The notes under the pieces are model-generated. The model was not told the DNA's origin. It saw nothing but the letters and a program-made list of their open reading frames with translations, and ran no database searches. From an uncultured Nitrososphaeraceae archaeon (GTDB lineage Archaea; Thermoproteota; Nitrososphaeria; Nitrososphaerales; Nitrososphaeraceae): a DNA stretch of 64,000 nucleotides. The stretch spans positions 1 through 64,000 of the forward strand of contig CAWGVG010000014.1 of the NCBI GenBank assembly GCA_963825865.1, given 5' to 3'. This document shows positions 11,646 to 23,723 of the stretch, one piece after another. The position numbers and the translations under genes were made by a program. Position 1 is the first letter of the stretch. The number at the start of each line of letters is the position of its first letter.

Positions 11646-12343
11646 AGCTTGAAGTTATTCTGCATATACATGTGGTTTATGATTATAAAAGAAGGAAACA
11701 TGTTCATATTGTGAGAAGGATTCCAGATAATTTGTGGAAGGAAATCAAATACCAATATCATGGGTTTTACCCTATAGCATGCTGGTTACAAAGCAGGCTT
11801 TTGGAGTGTACCAAACCCATCTAGATAAGTAGACGAAATAGAACACAAATCATTCATTGTTGGTAGTATTATCAACTTCTTCCTGACTGTTATTATTACT
11901 ATTAGAATTATAATCACATAGTAGTGGTTTAAATTGTAAATGGAAATGAGACTAAATGGTCTCCCTTCTAATAATCGTCTAAATGCGACTCGTCCGGCTC
12001 AAGTGCCCCAGCAACAGAAGCTGCAGCAGCATCGAGAGAAAAAAATCATTGCAGCAAAAGTTTCAAGATGAAGCATTGCCTAAAAATAAACTCGATACTT
12101 TTTGGCAGGCTTTTGAAGGAGGTGGATGCATTGGTACTTTTGATGAAAGCTATATGTAATGCCACCATAACCAGTGACGAGTGAAAAGAAATTAATCAAA
12201 CATGGCACCAAGTCGAGGCTTAGAAGGGCAACAACAAGATGACAACGAGACATTCATCTAATAATCAACTGCCTGAGTTCGGTAGGATGGCGAGCACAAT
12301 TACAAAGGTAAAAAACACTGTAGGGGAAGGATATGTTAAATAT

Positions 12344-13235
12344 GGTTCAGTAGAAACCATCAATATTATGATGAGGTTGGTTAATCTGTGGGTATTGTAG
12401 GCTATACATCTGAATGATAATTCCCTGTTTTGTGTTCTCACTAGTCTTGATGTAATGTGTTCTCCAAATAATCTTTTTATGGCTGATATTATGGTTTCAT
12501 CTTTGTTTCGTTGATTGTACAACAATTTGGAATAGCCGGTCTTCATCTGTTTCCTATATTTACCATGTGTCTTCCATATCGGCACATGTTCATATCTTGC
12601 AGGTATCACACTGAATGCATGTAAATCTTCTCTTACCAAAAGATGATTGTCTTCACACTATCATATCCTCTGTCAGCAACAACTACTGATAATGGTAGGA
12701 TTTTTGCTATCTTTGTTATAAGGGGTCTGAAATCTACGTTATCATGTCTTGTAGGGGCACGCCTGATTTTAATTGTACAAATTATCTGTTTTAATAAATC
12801 AGCTCCTAATGATAATTTGATGTATTTTCTTCTCAGGTTTGCTCTTTCAGTGTAGTACTGTGAAGCATGGGTTGCTTTGAAGCCAGACGAATCTACTCCA
12901 ACGAATATTTGTCGGATATTTGTAAGAATTATTATGAAGGATGAGATTATCTTTTCTAGCATCGTACCATTGACTCTTTCGGTGAATTTCTGGAGAGTAG
13001 TAAAATGTGGTACATGTGATAACTGGAGAAAAATTCTGAGATGATATGCTTCAACTAGCCATTCTACAAACACTCTATAACTTTTATCTTCATATTGTCT
13101 TAATACAAGAAGGACTGCTGCGGCCATACTGTGAATATGTGATTACTCTGTATGAAGGAATAATGGTATTCTTGCTTTCTTAAGGACACGAAACATTGTA
13201 TCAGCAAGTTTAACGTATCTTGATTCTTTCAACAT
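12344..13235 (-). mobile_element. Second IS5-family element (frameshifted DDE transposase); left TIR not found
   Basis: VGVDSSGF, VADRGYDS and YNQRNKDET..SAIKR DDE motifs; start MLKESRYVKLAD at 13235; terminal sequence at 12344. Confidence 0.82.
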
Positions 13236-13259
13236 GTATATTGCATTACGCTATTACAA

Positions 13260-13770
13260 ATTCATCTGTGTAGACGTCACGTACACAGATGATCAAGGCC
13301 GCTTCAGCCGCTACCTCTATGCTTCCAAAGATGGCGACTACTACGCCCGATTGCGCCTTTTTAGCGCGGAGGTGCAGCTCGAGGATGCGTGCAATTCGAG
13401 CGTATGGTCAATAGACACTCAGCACCAGACAAATCGAGGCGGACTCATTGAGGTAGGCTCGCTCCAAATATCGCGCGATGGCGGTACGGGTACGCCAATG
13501 GCTGCGGTATGGCAAGGATTCCGGGACGCCGCGCTTGAGTTTCGGGAAACGACTCAAGGCGAGACTGCACTCCAGGCCAGAGCTGGCTGGATTTTTCAAT
13601 GTCATAGTATTTCGAGGTCAAATGATACCATTTACGTGGTATGATGAAGTACACTGGGCCCACAGCTACAGCACAGGTGAGCCTTGGAATCGCTATCGCG
13701 TGACTTTTCATGAATTTGCTCATGTCTTTCGCGACAGACTGGACGGTAGCAGGCTTAAAACCCAATCCTG
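13260..13770 (+). pseudogene. GC-rich fragment of a probable zincin metallopeptidase gene
   Basis: Visibly higher GC than the flanks; HEFAH (HExxH) encoded at 13709-13723; no proper start or end. Confidence 0.55.
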
Positions 13771-14103
13771 ATACACTTGATGCGGTAACTGAAAAAAAGA
13801 TTTCTGATGCTAGGATATATGACCGGGGCTTCTCCCTTATAGGCTCATCCTCGACTACTCTTGCAGGTCTTCAAGCACATAAAATAGAAATTCAATATAA
13901 ACTATATTGAATTAATGATAATTGGAACTTGCATAATCAATTCCACATTTTGCACCAATAATTTAGCGTATGTATTAGCTGCATAATAATAGTGCATAGC
14001 AGATTGCTATTCCAGGAGACTTTTTAATAGCGTCCTATAGGTAATAGTCTCTTCTGAAAAACAGAATCTAATCGACGCTACAATGCTTAATGCTGCTACT
14101 ATA

Positions 14104-14690
14104 TTAATCCAATTCAGCCCTTAGTCTTTTTACCAAATAGTCTATTGTAACTGGTTTCTTGATAAAGCATCCCATTTGGATATACTTCTCTTAGCGCATC
14201 AATATTTGCTTCCCCTGCAGTTATAAAGCAAACGCTGACGTTAGCATCTAACTCTAATATCTTTTGACATAATAATAACAAAGCCATTGATAATTGGGAT
14301 GTTAATATCAGTTAGCAGTAAATCGTAAAAATTTGGTTTGAATTCTGATAATGCCTCTAAGGATTATTGTACGTGGATACCTCAAATCTTATTTTGCTGT
14401 AACTATCATCGTGATAATACCCTTCTAGACCTGATTTGAATGCTAATGTAATATCAGGGTGATCATCAACAATAAGAATTCTTTTATAAAACGGTTCTTT
14501 TATTCTTCTTTCTACACTAGGAGTAGTAGTGTTTGATTTTTGATTTTGTAAAGGATTTGGAGGATGAGGTTCAGAGTAATAACGGTGATGATCATTGTTA
14601 TTAGTATTATGGGGATAATCGAAATTGTCATTATCTAAGATGGGAGAATAATAATGATAATTCTTATCATCTCGTGTAGTAGTTGTGCAT
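14104..14690 (-). pseudogene. Response regulator receiver protein, degraded or frameshifted
   Basis: Minus strand encodes KRILIVDDHPDITLAFKSGLEG and FKPNFYDLLLTDIN; paralogous to 22906-23271. Confidence 0.7.
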
Positions 14691-14849
14691 ATCTCAGTTA
14701 ATAATTGCCCTCATCCTCCATTATCTTCTATATTTTTAATATTATACACAGACATATATCAACTTGTGTAAAGTTATAGTGACAAATCAGCAATAATAAT
14801 TAGAAACCGGTAAGTACCTGAGATAAAGATTGGTTAACCATTAACTACA

Positions 14850-15074
14850 ATGGGTCAACATACATCACAATGGAACGCTTTTGAGCCTTCTTTTGAGCTA
14901 GGATATGCGATTGCAATGAACAAAGATAACAACAAAAATAATAGTAGCGATAACAATTACTACTTTTCTGCTCCTTACTGCAACCGTTGTGAAGACAGGT
15001 TATCAGAGATCTTCCAAGTTACTGGTGATTACTGCTTGGAGTGTTGGCAGGAACTAACATGTCCTGAAGTATAG
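14850..15074 (+). CDS. Small Cys-rich (CxxC...CxxC) hypothetical protein
   Basis: YCNRCE...YCLECWQE. Confidence 0.55.
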   Translation: MGQHTSQWNAFEPSFELGYAIAMNKDNNKNNSSDNNYYFSAPYCNRCEDRLSEIFQVTGDYCLECWQELTCPEV

Positions 15075-15283
15075 TCAAAGATGAATTAAATCCATCATTA
15101 ATATAAAGAAGAGTAAGTAAAAACTGGAGTTATTATAGATTCTGGCACTTGTTCTTGTTGCTCTGGTCACCTCTTATCATTAGTTGACCAATTGGCTAGT
15201 AATACTTTCCATGAGGTATTATTCCAAGAATAAATATTGCCAACAAAGAATAATGAAAAGGTGAAAGGAGTTATTCCTATCTT

Positions 15284-16678
15284 TTATTCTACTAGTAATC
15301 TGCTTGTAATATCTTTGACGACTATTGACTTTATATTAACAAATTCCTTGATGCCAAATTCAGATAGTTCCCTGCCTATGCCCGAATATTTAGTTCCGCC
15401 AAATGGAAGTCTTGGATTGGACTTTACCATTTCATTTATTGATACAATACCGCTCTGAATTTGCCTTGCAAGACGTATTCCCCGCTCAATATTATTTGTC
15501 CAAATACTAGCCCCTAAACCAAATTCAGTATTGTTTGCTTCTCTAATAGCTTCCTCCTCGTTATTTACAACAATGATTGGAGCGGCAGGCCCGAACACCT
15601 CTTCTTTTACAATATCCATCATTTCATTTACATTTGAGACTATTGTTGGTTCATAAAAATACCCGTCTCCACTAATTGTTTTTCCTCCGGTTAGTACTTT
15701 GCCACCTTTTGTTTTAGCATCTTCAACTTGTTTTGACAAAGATTCTCTTTGATTTTCTCTGACCAACGGCCCGACAGTTGTCTTTGAATTCATTGGGTCA
15801 CCAATAACTTCTGCCTCTGTATTTTCAACAAATAGCTTAGAAAATTTTTCTGCAATTTCTTTTACAACAATGAACCTTTTTGCTGCAATACAGCTTTGAC
15901 CTGTATTGAGAAGCCTTGCTTGAGTTGCCATATGAGCAGTTTGGTTCAGATCTGCATCTTCAAGTACCACAAATGGATCGCTTCCACCCAATTCTAAAAC
16001 GGTTTTTTTTAAATCTTTCGACACAAGTTGTGAGACCCTTTTACCTGTATTAATACTCCCTGTAACGGAAACGCCATCGATGTTCGATTCTATTAACGCT
16101 TCGCCTGCTTCATAATCTCCAATAATAGATTGAAAGACATTATCTGGAAATCCTGCATCTTTGAATGCCTCTTCTATTTTTAAGGCACTCCCTAATGAAA
16201 TGCTTGAATGTTTCAAAATTCCCACGTTGCCTGCTGTTACGGTAGGAACAGCATATCTCATAACTTGCCAGAAAGGAAAATTCCAGGGCATTATGCCAGC
16301 CACCACTCCAAGCGGCTCAAAAGAGACAAAACTTTTGCGAAATTCCGTCGGGATTGGCTCATCCCTCAAGAAGGATTCTGCATGTTCAGAATAGTAATCG
16401 CAAACCCAAGCACATTTCTCAATTTCGGCTATTGATTGCCTTATTGGTTTACCCATCTCTTCTGTAATGAGTTTTGCATACTCCTCTTTGTTTTTCCTCA
16501 TTACTCTCCCCAAGCTCCTAATGAATGCAGTGCGTTCGAAGACATCCAATTTTCGCCATTTTTCAAAGGCTAGTCTAGCATTTTTGACCTTTCGGCTGAC
16601 TTCTTCTTTACTGATTTTATCATAAGATGCAATTACTTTACCAGTCGCAGGATTGATTGTTTCAATCTTATTGGACAT
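15284..16678 (-). CDS. NAD(P)-dependent succinate-semialdehyde dehydrogenase (ALDH family)
   Basis: PWNFP, LELGGSDP, GQSCIA and EEVFGP motifs. Confidence 0.92.
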   Translation of the reverse strand: MSNKIETINPATGKVIASYDKISKEEVSRKVKNARLAFEKWRKLDVFERTAFIRSLGRVMRKNKEEYAKLITEEMGKPIRQSIAEIEKCAWVCDYYSEHAESFLRDEPIPTEFRKSFVSFEPLGVVAGIMPWNFPFWQVMRYAVPTVTAGNVGILKHSSISLGSALKIEEAFKDAGFPDNVFQSIIGDYEAGEALIESNIDGVSVTGSINTGKRVSQLVSKDLKKTVLELGGSDPFVVLEDADLNQTAHMATQARLLNTGQSCIAAKRFIVVKEIAEKFSKLFVENTEAEVIGDPMNSKTTVGPLVRENQRESLSKQVEDAKTKGGKVLTGGKTISGDGYFYEPTIVSNVNEMMDIVKEEVFGPAAPIIVVNNEEEAIREANNTEFGLGASIWTNNIERGIRLARQIQSGIVSINEMVKSNPRLPFGGTKYSGIGRELSEFGIKEFVNIKSIVVKDITSRLLVE

Positions 16679-16734
16679 ACTAAATATGCGTTTGGAACCT
16701 CTAATATAAACGCAAATAAAAATTTGTGATTGTA

Positions 16735-16900
16735 TCCCGCGGGCAGGATTTACTCCAAATGTCTTATGACTAGTTTTGTTTGAGCCTGCGACTCTTCGGT
16801 TTCTGCAAGTTGTTTGCCCGATAGGCTGCTTCGCGTGGTCAGCACATGAGGTAAGCCGACATCTACAGCCGAAAGCTCTACCAGGCTGAGCTACCGCGGG
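16735..16900 (-). tRNA. tRNA-Tyr(GTA) with two introns (37/38: 16801-16862; T-loop 58/59: 16750-16779)
   Basis: Acceptor stem CCCGCGG/CCGCGGG, D-arm GCTC/GAGC, anticodon stem TTCGG/CCGAA, T-stem GCAGG/CCTGC; BHB motifs at both introns; TATA-like element near 16925-16932. Confidence 0.92.
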
Positions 16901-17673
16901 ACATTTTCGTTTGTTGCAGGAATGTTATATAACTGTGACTCGAAACTTAGAAGGGCAGAGCTTAGTTCAGGTAGCAAGACACCTCAAGGTATTTATACAA
17001 ATACAGTAAAGTCGACACCAATTCCAATCTTTTTGAAAGTTAAGTCTCATACACCTTACTTACAGGTTTCTGCTGCTAACCATTTTCGTGTTACATCTTT
17101 CGGATTAAGGTGTGTCAGCCCATTGTCGTCTCTAACATGACAATTACGCAATTTAAAGTTCTCATGAATTTGTGGACTAGGATTTGTAAAAAGCTCAAAA
17201 GTAATATATATATTAATATCAAACTATCCTCAATATCTAAAAAACCATTATCCTCATCATATAAGTAACGAATTTATTTATTTATAGTTCGTTTAGATCA
17301 TTGTGGTAAGATCAGTAACATAATGTATAAGTGGTTAAAATTTACCAAAATACAATATCATTATTGTACCTGGTGTGCTAATTTGACAATTAAAGGTAGG
17401 TGAATTATAACAACTCAAACGCACAAAATTAGCGTTTGAACAGTATAAAAAACTGATGTAGCAACTCAAAAGAGTAATAACAGTGAGAACCAACAAACAT
17501 AATAAGAAACTAATTAAAACGACACAAACTTGACTGGCATTCCTTTGTGTGCTTGAATGAACATTCAAAAAATTAGATATTTTCAATTATAACTAAGAAA
17601 TAAAACTCAGTCACCAAAAATCGATATTATTATTATTAGCAATTTCGTAATACGATATCTAGATTAACCAAGA

Positions 17674-18636
17674 TTAACCATCCAAGTACCTAGCTATATC
17701 CATAGAAAAATACGAAATAATTCTATCTGCTCCTGCTCTTTTTATTGAGGCAAGAGAATTAACTATCCATCCTTCTTCCTCGATCCAATCATGTATTGCA
17801 GCCGCCTTTATCATGGCATATTCACCCGATACACTTTGTACTGCGGTGGGAAAACCAAATTTTTCCTTTATCATACAGATAAGGTCAAGGTGCACAATTC
17901 CAGGCTTTATCATTACCATATCTGCTCCTTCATTAATGTCGGTTTCAATTTCTCTTAAGATCTGTCTTGGATTTGTAGATGCTATTTGATATGACGATTT
18001 ATCGAGGTTATTAAATTGACATGTTTTAGAATACGCAACTGATCTAAATGGTGTATATAATGATGATAACTGTTTGGCAGAATAAGATAAAATTTTAGTT
18101 TTTTGAAAGCCATATTCTTTAAGCGATTTCTTTATAGAATATACTTGGCCATCCATCATTGATGAGGGCGCAACAACGTCGGCACCGGCCTCTGCATGAC
18201 TAAGAGTTATTTCGGACAGTAAATTCAAAGAAGAATCATTATCGACCTTGTTGTTAATGATTAAACCGCAATGGCCAGACAGATTATACTGACATAAACA
18301 TACATCTGTTATTACATTTAACGAATTTCCGAACTCTTTTTTTATTTTCTTTAGCGTTTGTTGAACTACACCATTTTTATCTATTGCGAAAGATCCATTT
18401 TCGTTTCTTCTTTCTGGGATACCGAAGATAATTATCGAAGAAATCCCTGCATCCATGATAGCATAAACTTGTTGGGTTATATCTTTTAGAGGTGTTTGTG
18501 TTATTCCTGGCATTGCATTAATTTTGCTTTTTTCTTCTTCCTGAACAAAGATGGGAAAGATCAAGTGTTTTTTTTGCAAACCAACCGCATTGAGAAAATC
18601 TTTGTATTCTAAATCATGTATGTGTTTAGTCTGCAA
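17674..18636 (-). CDS. hemB: Porphobilinogen synthase (ALA dehydratase)
   Basis: DVCLCQY...GHCG zinc site, APSSMMDG, MIKPG, VSGEYAMI. Confidence 0.95.
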   Translation of the reverse strand: MQTKHIHDLEYKDFLNAVGLQKKHLIFPIFVQEEEKSKINAMPGITQTPLKDITQQVYAIMDAGISSIIIFGIPERRNENGSFAIDKNGVVQQTLKKIKKEFGNSLNVITDVCLCQYNLSGHCGLIINNKVDNDSSLNLLSEITLSHAEAGADVVAPSSMMDGQVYSIKKSLKEYGFQKTKILSYSAKQLSSLYTPFRSVAYSKTCQFNNLDKSSYQIASTNPRQILREIETDINEGADMVMIKPGIVHLDLICMIKEKFGFPTAVQSVSGEYAMIKAAAIHDWIEEEGWIVNSLASIKRAGADRIISYFSMDIARYLDG

Positions 18637-19113
18637 ACTACCAGTTGAGAGTTTAATGTGAGATCTTATGAATACTTTATTGTAAAAAGACTCGAATTCT
18701 TATGCATCATGACTATATGCTGCCGATCTTTATGCATATATATGTATATGCTATCAATTTCTTTATAGATCCGCATTACTTTCTATCGTTTATTGCATTT
18801 AATATACTAACTTTATGTGCATGGTCTGAATTACTGGCTTTTCTAAGAATGATAAGTGAAATACTGAAATAAGACTATGATTGTCTGAGATTTGCTACAA
18901 CTTTCATTAGCAAAATGTAATTGGCAACGACAGCATAAATCTTTTCAATATTTCGAATAGCAAGGGTTAATGACATTATCACTATCTTAGTATCGAATAG
19001 TGCCTCTTCTAATTAGTAAGTCACTCTCCAATTGTCGTGCCGACCTCCTATACACAAATGAACGAGATCCACTAGTCCATGATATAAATATCTATACAAA
19101 ATTAATCCTAACA

Positions 19114-20024
19114 TTGCTAAGGGTAACAATTGGCATTCCAACATTTAATGAACAAGAAAATATACTCAATCTTCTTAGATCAATTGTGGCAGATAATTCG
19201 AAGGATTTTATTATTTCAGAAGTCGTTATTTCTGATGATTCGTCTGACAATACGCCTGAGATAGTAAATGAATTCGCACAAAGTTACTCATTGAATATCA
19301 AATTTATGCATCATTCTTATCGAAGAGGAAGGCAGAAGCCGCATGGAAGGAAATCTTTGAGAAGTCTATTGGAGATATCATAGTATTATGTGACGCAGAC
19401 GTTATTGTTGGAAAAAATTGTATAAGAGAACTGGTATCCTCTATACAAGGAAAAATAGGCCTCTGTGCATCAAATCCAACACCTGTTCAAATCGAAGGCC
19501 TTGTAGGCAGGGCATCGACTTTTATTTCAAACTGGCTTAGATCGGTAAGAAAGGTCCGACTTTCACAATATACTACAATGGGGAGGGCATTATCAATTCG
19601 TTCTGATATTGCCAAAAAAATAATGATACCAACTGACATAATTGCAATAGATCTTTATCTTCAATGCAAAGTACTCGAGCAAGAAATAGACGTCCTTTAC
19701 AATGACAATGCTATAGTTTATTTCCGTCCTGCAAATAGCATGTCTGATTTTACTTCACAGGTCATAAGAGCAATTAACGGTCACAAACAAATTTGTGATT
19801 ATGTAGAAAAATTCAAAATAGATCTTCCACTAAGTGTCGCCCTTATCGAAATAATACGAAATATTATACTTAATCCACGGGGCGCTATTTCATTTGTTGT
19901 CTGTTATGCATTGGTTCACTTTTATAAACTCAAGTTACAAGACATAAATTCTGCTAGATGGCATACTGCAGAAAGCACAAAATCAATAGACTATACACAA
20001 TTCAAATTCAGTTCTTTTTTTTGA
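19114..20024 (+). CDS. GT2-family glycosyltransferase, frameshifted
   Basis: VTIGIPTFNE, ISDDSSDNT, CDAD (DxD) motifs. Confidence 0.85.
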
Positions 20025-20296
20025 ATAAATGATTCCCTCATCCTTCTACTGTTAACGTCAGGATTACCTGAAAAACGTTACAATTCTTGTCAAGGAAATT
20101 AGTCGTAGTATTCGCTTTTCTGCTCTGAATCAGTCTCATCCAATACGGCCCGTCTACACTTATTCTCTTTACAACTATATTGTTTGATGCGTTATATTTT
20201 CAAGGTGAGTTAGGTTTGTAGATTTTTATATTCTTTGAGTTAGAGACAATCTAAAATCTCGTGGATCTCCCTTAAGATGATCCATTTGGGAAGAGC

Positions 20297-20947
20297 ATGA
20301 ACGTAATAATATATATACCTTTGTTAAATAACTTGGTAGTCGGCTTGGATGGCGCAGAGAACGGTGTACAAGGATATATATGTACACCACATGAAAGACA
20401 GTCAGTCACCCTGCTCAATTATTGGAAAAAGTCTGATAATATTGCTGTTATTTACTTTGTTACTGCTACCTTTTCAGGCGAGACCATGCCGTATTTTCCC
20501 AATAAGGCAAATCACTATATACTTGCTTCTTTCAGAGATACACATACTGCATTAGAAGATATTAGGAAACAGAGTTATGCTAGATTATCATTTATATTTA
20601 GCTTAAATAGTGCTCTTTTTGAACGAGCAGGTGAAAAACTCAACTACGTTTCAATCTATTTCACAAAATATACTTATGGCGATATTGAAATTGGTGATCT
20701 AGCAAATGTTATAGCTAAAAGAGATCGAGTAAAGAAAGCTAGTCTAGCAGATATAAAAGTCATAACAACTGAGGAGCTAAAGTTCACATTTCCTTATTTT
20801 AGAAATGTTATAGTGCTTGAAGTCAAAGGAGAAAAAACTCATCAGAGTGACCAAAAATATTGCGAACGAACAAGAAGAGATGTAGTGAGAAAAGGTATTT
20901 CATTGAATAACCTAGTCAGTTTCTCTATACTTAACAAATTGAAATAG
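20297..20947 (+). CDS. Hypothetical protein
   Basis: 216-aa ORF; no motif recognised; start uncertain. Confidence 0.6.
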   Translation: MNVIIYIPLLNNLVVGLDGAENGVQGYICTPHERQSVTLLNYWKKSDNIAVIYFVTATFSGETMPYFPNKANHYILASFRDTHTALEDIRKQSYARLSFIFSLNSALFERAGEKLNYVSIYFTKYTYGDIEIGDLANVIAKRDRVKKASLADIKVITTEELKFTFPYFRNVIVLEVKGEKTHQSDQKYCERTRRDVVRKGISLNNLVSFSILNKLK

Positions 20948-21186
20948 GCCTTTACTTCCTAGCAAATTATTTTTTATTCAAATTGACTGATATTTAAGGT
21001 AAGAGTCATAACATATATCCTGTACGGAGACCGACTGTATTTCTATCATATCCAAATACATAGCGTATATAATTTTCATAGAAAGCAGAAGAAACCTTTC
21101 TCTGCTCTAATTCTCTACTGGCGTAGCGATTGTCACATCAGTACGCGTAGTTATTTATAGTGGTGCAAAGGTATTTTCTTATATAA

Positions 21187-21580
21187 TTGAGTAAGCCGAT
21201 GGATCTGGGCAGTCTGAAAATTGGTTCATACATTGTCATTGATGGAGAACCCTGTAGAATAGTTTCATATGATCATAGCAAACCTGGCAAACATGGTTCT
21301 GCAAAAGCAAGAGTAGGCAGCAATGGGTGTATTTGATGGTTCCAAACATAGTCTTGTATCTCCAGTATCAGCCAATGTTGAAGTCCCCCTTATTGATAAG
21401 AGAAGCGGTCAGGTTGTTTCTATTTCCGGACAGACGCTTCAAATTATGGATCTGGAGACATATGAGATGTTTGAAACATCCTCCGTAGAGGACGAAATAA
21501 GAGAGAAGATCCGACAGGGAGGTGAGGTTGAATATTGGAGAGTTCTTGATAGAATAAAAATTGTAAGAGTCAAGGGTTGA
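21187..21580 (+). CDS. eif5a: Translation factor aIF5A, frameshift near 21316
   Basis: [12 protein letters not shown] hypusine loop; C-terminal [10 protein letters not shown]. Confidence 0.95.
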
Positions 21581-21696
21581 TTACTTCTTGTTTTGTCAAA
21601 TTAATAATGCGACTAACTATAATTGACATGCATTTCCGAAGCAAGAACTCCTTAGATAAAGAAAGAATTATAACATTGTATGTGAGATGTTTAATT

Positions 21697-21831
21697 ATGG
21701 ACGATTGTGAAAAAAGAACAATTCCGGTTTGTTTTACAACTGAACAGCTTAAATTGGTAGAAGGATATGCGAGGATAAAAGGCATGCTTAACTCTAGCCA
21801 AGCTATTGAAGAGCTAATATTGAGTAAGTAA
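21697..21831 (+). CDS. Small RHH-like protein
   Basis: RTIPVCFTTEQLKLVEGYA...SQAIEEL. Confidence 0.5.
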   Translation: MDDCEKRTIPVCFTTEQLKLVEGYARIKGMLNSSQAIEELILSK

Positions 21832-22156
21832 AATTTCAAAATAACTACATGTGTTATTCGTAGGAAAGATTATTATACTCACAACGAAGAGAAATTTGAC
21901 TTCGGTATATGTGAAAATAAATAAATCCATTTCTGCTGGACATTATGGATGCGGATTGGAAAAAGAAATCTGCAATTCCATATAATTAAATAGCGGTATG
22001 GCATAACAAGTTTATAAATGCCTATGCTTGCCGTATGGGTCGATTACATTACTGCTATTAGGAACGGCATTTAATTTGAGAGAGAAACTATCCAAATCAT
22101 TATATTTTTTGAGGAAAAACAATTAGATACTTGAACCACAATATTTACATCAAATT

Positions 22157-22817
22157 ATGTCCGTAGTTTCCGGAAGAATAAGAGAAGTAAGTATTATTTC
22201 TATAATTTTTATTATAGTTATTTCGAATGTTCTATTATTTTACCTTCAGAATATTACGGAACATGATCTCAGAGATAGCTTATTTGAACAGCAAAAACAG
22301 CGTCAGCTAGATTCAACCAAGGAAATTTCTCAACATATATGATCAGATCTCAGCTTAGTTATGTCTATGCTTGATGGATTAGAAAACTCGATATATTTGC
22401 AGCAGGGAGAATTAGTTAGCGATAAAACTAAAAAGTTTGTTCAAGAAAAATATAATAAATTTAATGCTATAATAGATAGATTATTTATTTTAAATAAAGA
22501 TGATGTCATGACTCTCAGTTTAGCACCAATGGGCTCGGATACTTTTCTTGGTGTTGATTTCTCATTTAGAGATTGGGTAAAAGAGACGAAGAGCACCCTG
22601 TCTCCAGTATTCTCTAATGGGCTATGAGAGATTGGGCTGGTACAGGGTTTTTATAACAATTCCAATATTAAACAGAGATACAGGCAAATACTACTTAGGA
22701 AGTGGAATATCATTTTACGCAAGGAGGTCAAAAAAAGAACAAAAGAATTGGAAGAATCCTACGACGATATGAAACATATTTAAAGCGTACTAGAGGAAAT
22801 GAAACGTAAAAGGTAAG
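22157..22817 (+). pseudogene. Cache-domain sensor remnant without kinase domain
   Basis: TM helix, DFSFRDWVKET Cache motif, internal stops; ends in a coiled-coil segment. Confidence 0.65.
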
Positions 22818-22905
22818 TTCTCAACAATAAAAATAGCGACTATGTTATTAAAACAGGTATAAGCATCTACGTAGGTAATCTAATTCGCCCGTTCTGTTCA
22901 GCGGA

Positions 22906-23271
22906 TCATGAATTTAGTTCTTTCCTTATAATGTTTACTAACTCATCAATTTCAATTGGTTTTCGGATGAAACATCCTACTTCGAGGTTAGGAAAAACTT
23001 CTCTTAATGCCTCATAATATACTTCAAATGCTGTAATAAAACAGACCTTTACCTTATTATCTATCTTTTCCATCTCTTGATATAACTCGAAACCGTTCAT
23101 TTTTGGCATTTTTACATCAAGCAGTAATAGATCATATGAATTAGTCTTAAAGTTTAACAAGGCGGAAGAAGGATCAGTGAAAGTGTCGACTTCAAATCCA
23201 TCATTTTCTAAGCCCTTTTTGAATGCTAAAGTAATACTAGGCTCGTCATCCACAATCAAAATCCTTTTCAT
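22906..23271 (-). CDS. Single-domain response regulator
   Basis: ILIVDD, LLDVKMPKMNG, FIRKP. Confidence 0.93.
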   Translation of the reverse strand: MKRILIVDDEPSITLAFKKGLENDGFEVDTFTDPSSALLNFKTNSYDLLLLDVKMPKMNGFELYQEMEKIDNKVKVCFITAFEVYYEALREVFPNLEVGCFIRKPIEIDELVNIIRKELNS

Positions 23272-23379
23272 TATCGTTAACTATCAAGTGATTACCCATT
23301 GTTGCATAAAACTCTGTTGTATAGGTGCTGGAGTTTATCAACCAATGAACTATTAGCGCATCGTATTAAAAAAATGAAA

Positions 23380-23723
23380 TTATATTGCAGACTCTCCTCG
23401 TTTGTTAGAGCCAATATCTACTACATCTTCTATTTCAGATATGAAGATTTTTCCTTCTCCGGCCAAGCCAGTACTAGCACTTCCAAGAATTTTATCTACA
23501 ATTTTATCCACCATTGAGTCGTCTACTACTAATTCAATTGTAGCATTTACGTTAAATTCTGGCCTATAAGTCGAAGTCCCTCTTCCAGAATGAAGTTCGG
23601 GTGTTGGATTCTGTCCTCTGCCCTTAGAATCATAATAAGTTAAACCGCCCAATCTAATTCCTTTAATGCTGCAAACACATTTCCAAGTCTCGCCTGTGGA
23701 ACCACTGCCTCCATTTTCTTCAT
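23380..23723 (-). CDS. glnB: Nitrogen regulatory protein P-II, frameshifted
   Basis: MKKMEAVV...KGRGQ...TGLAGEGKIFISEIEDVVDI. Confidence 0.88.
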
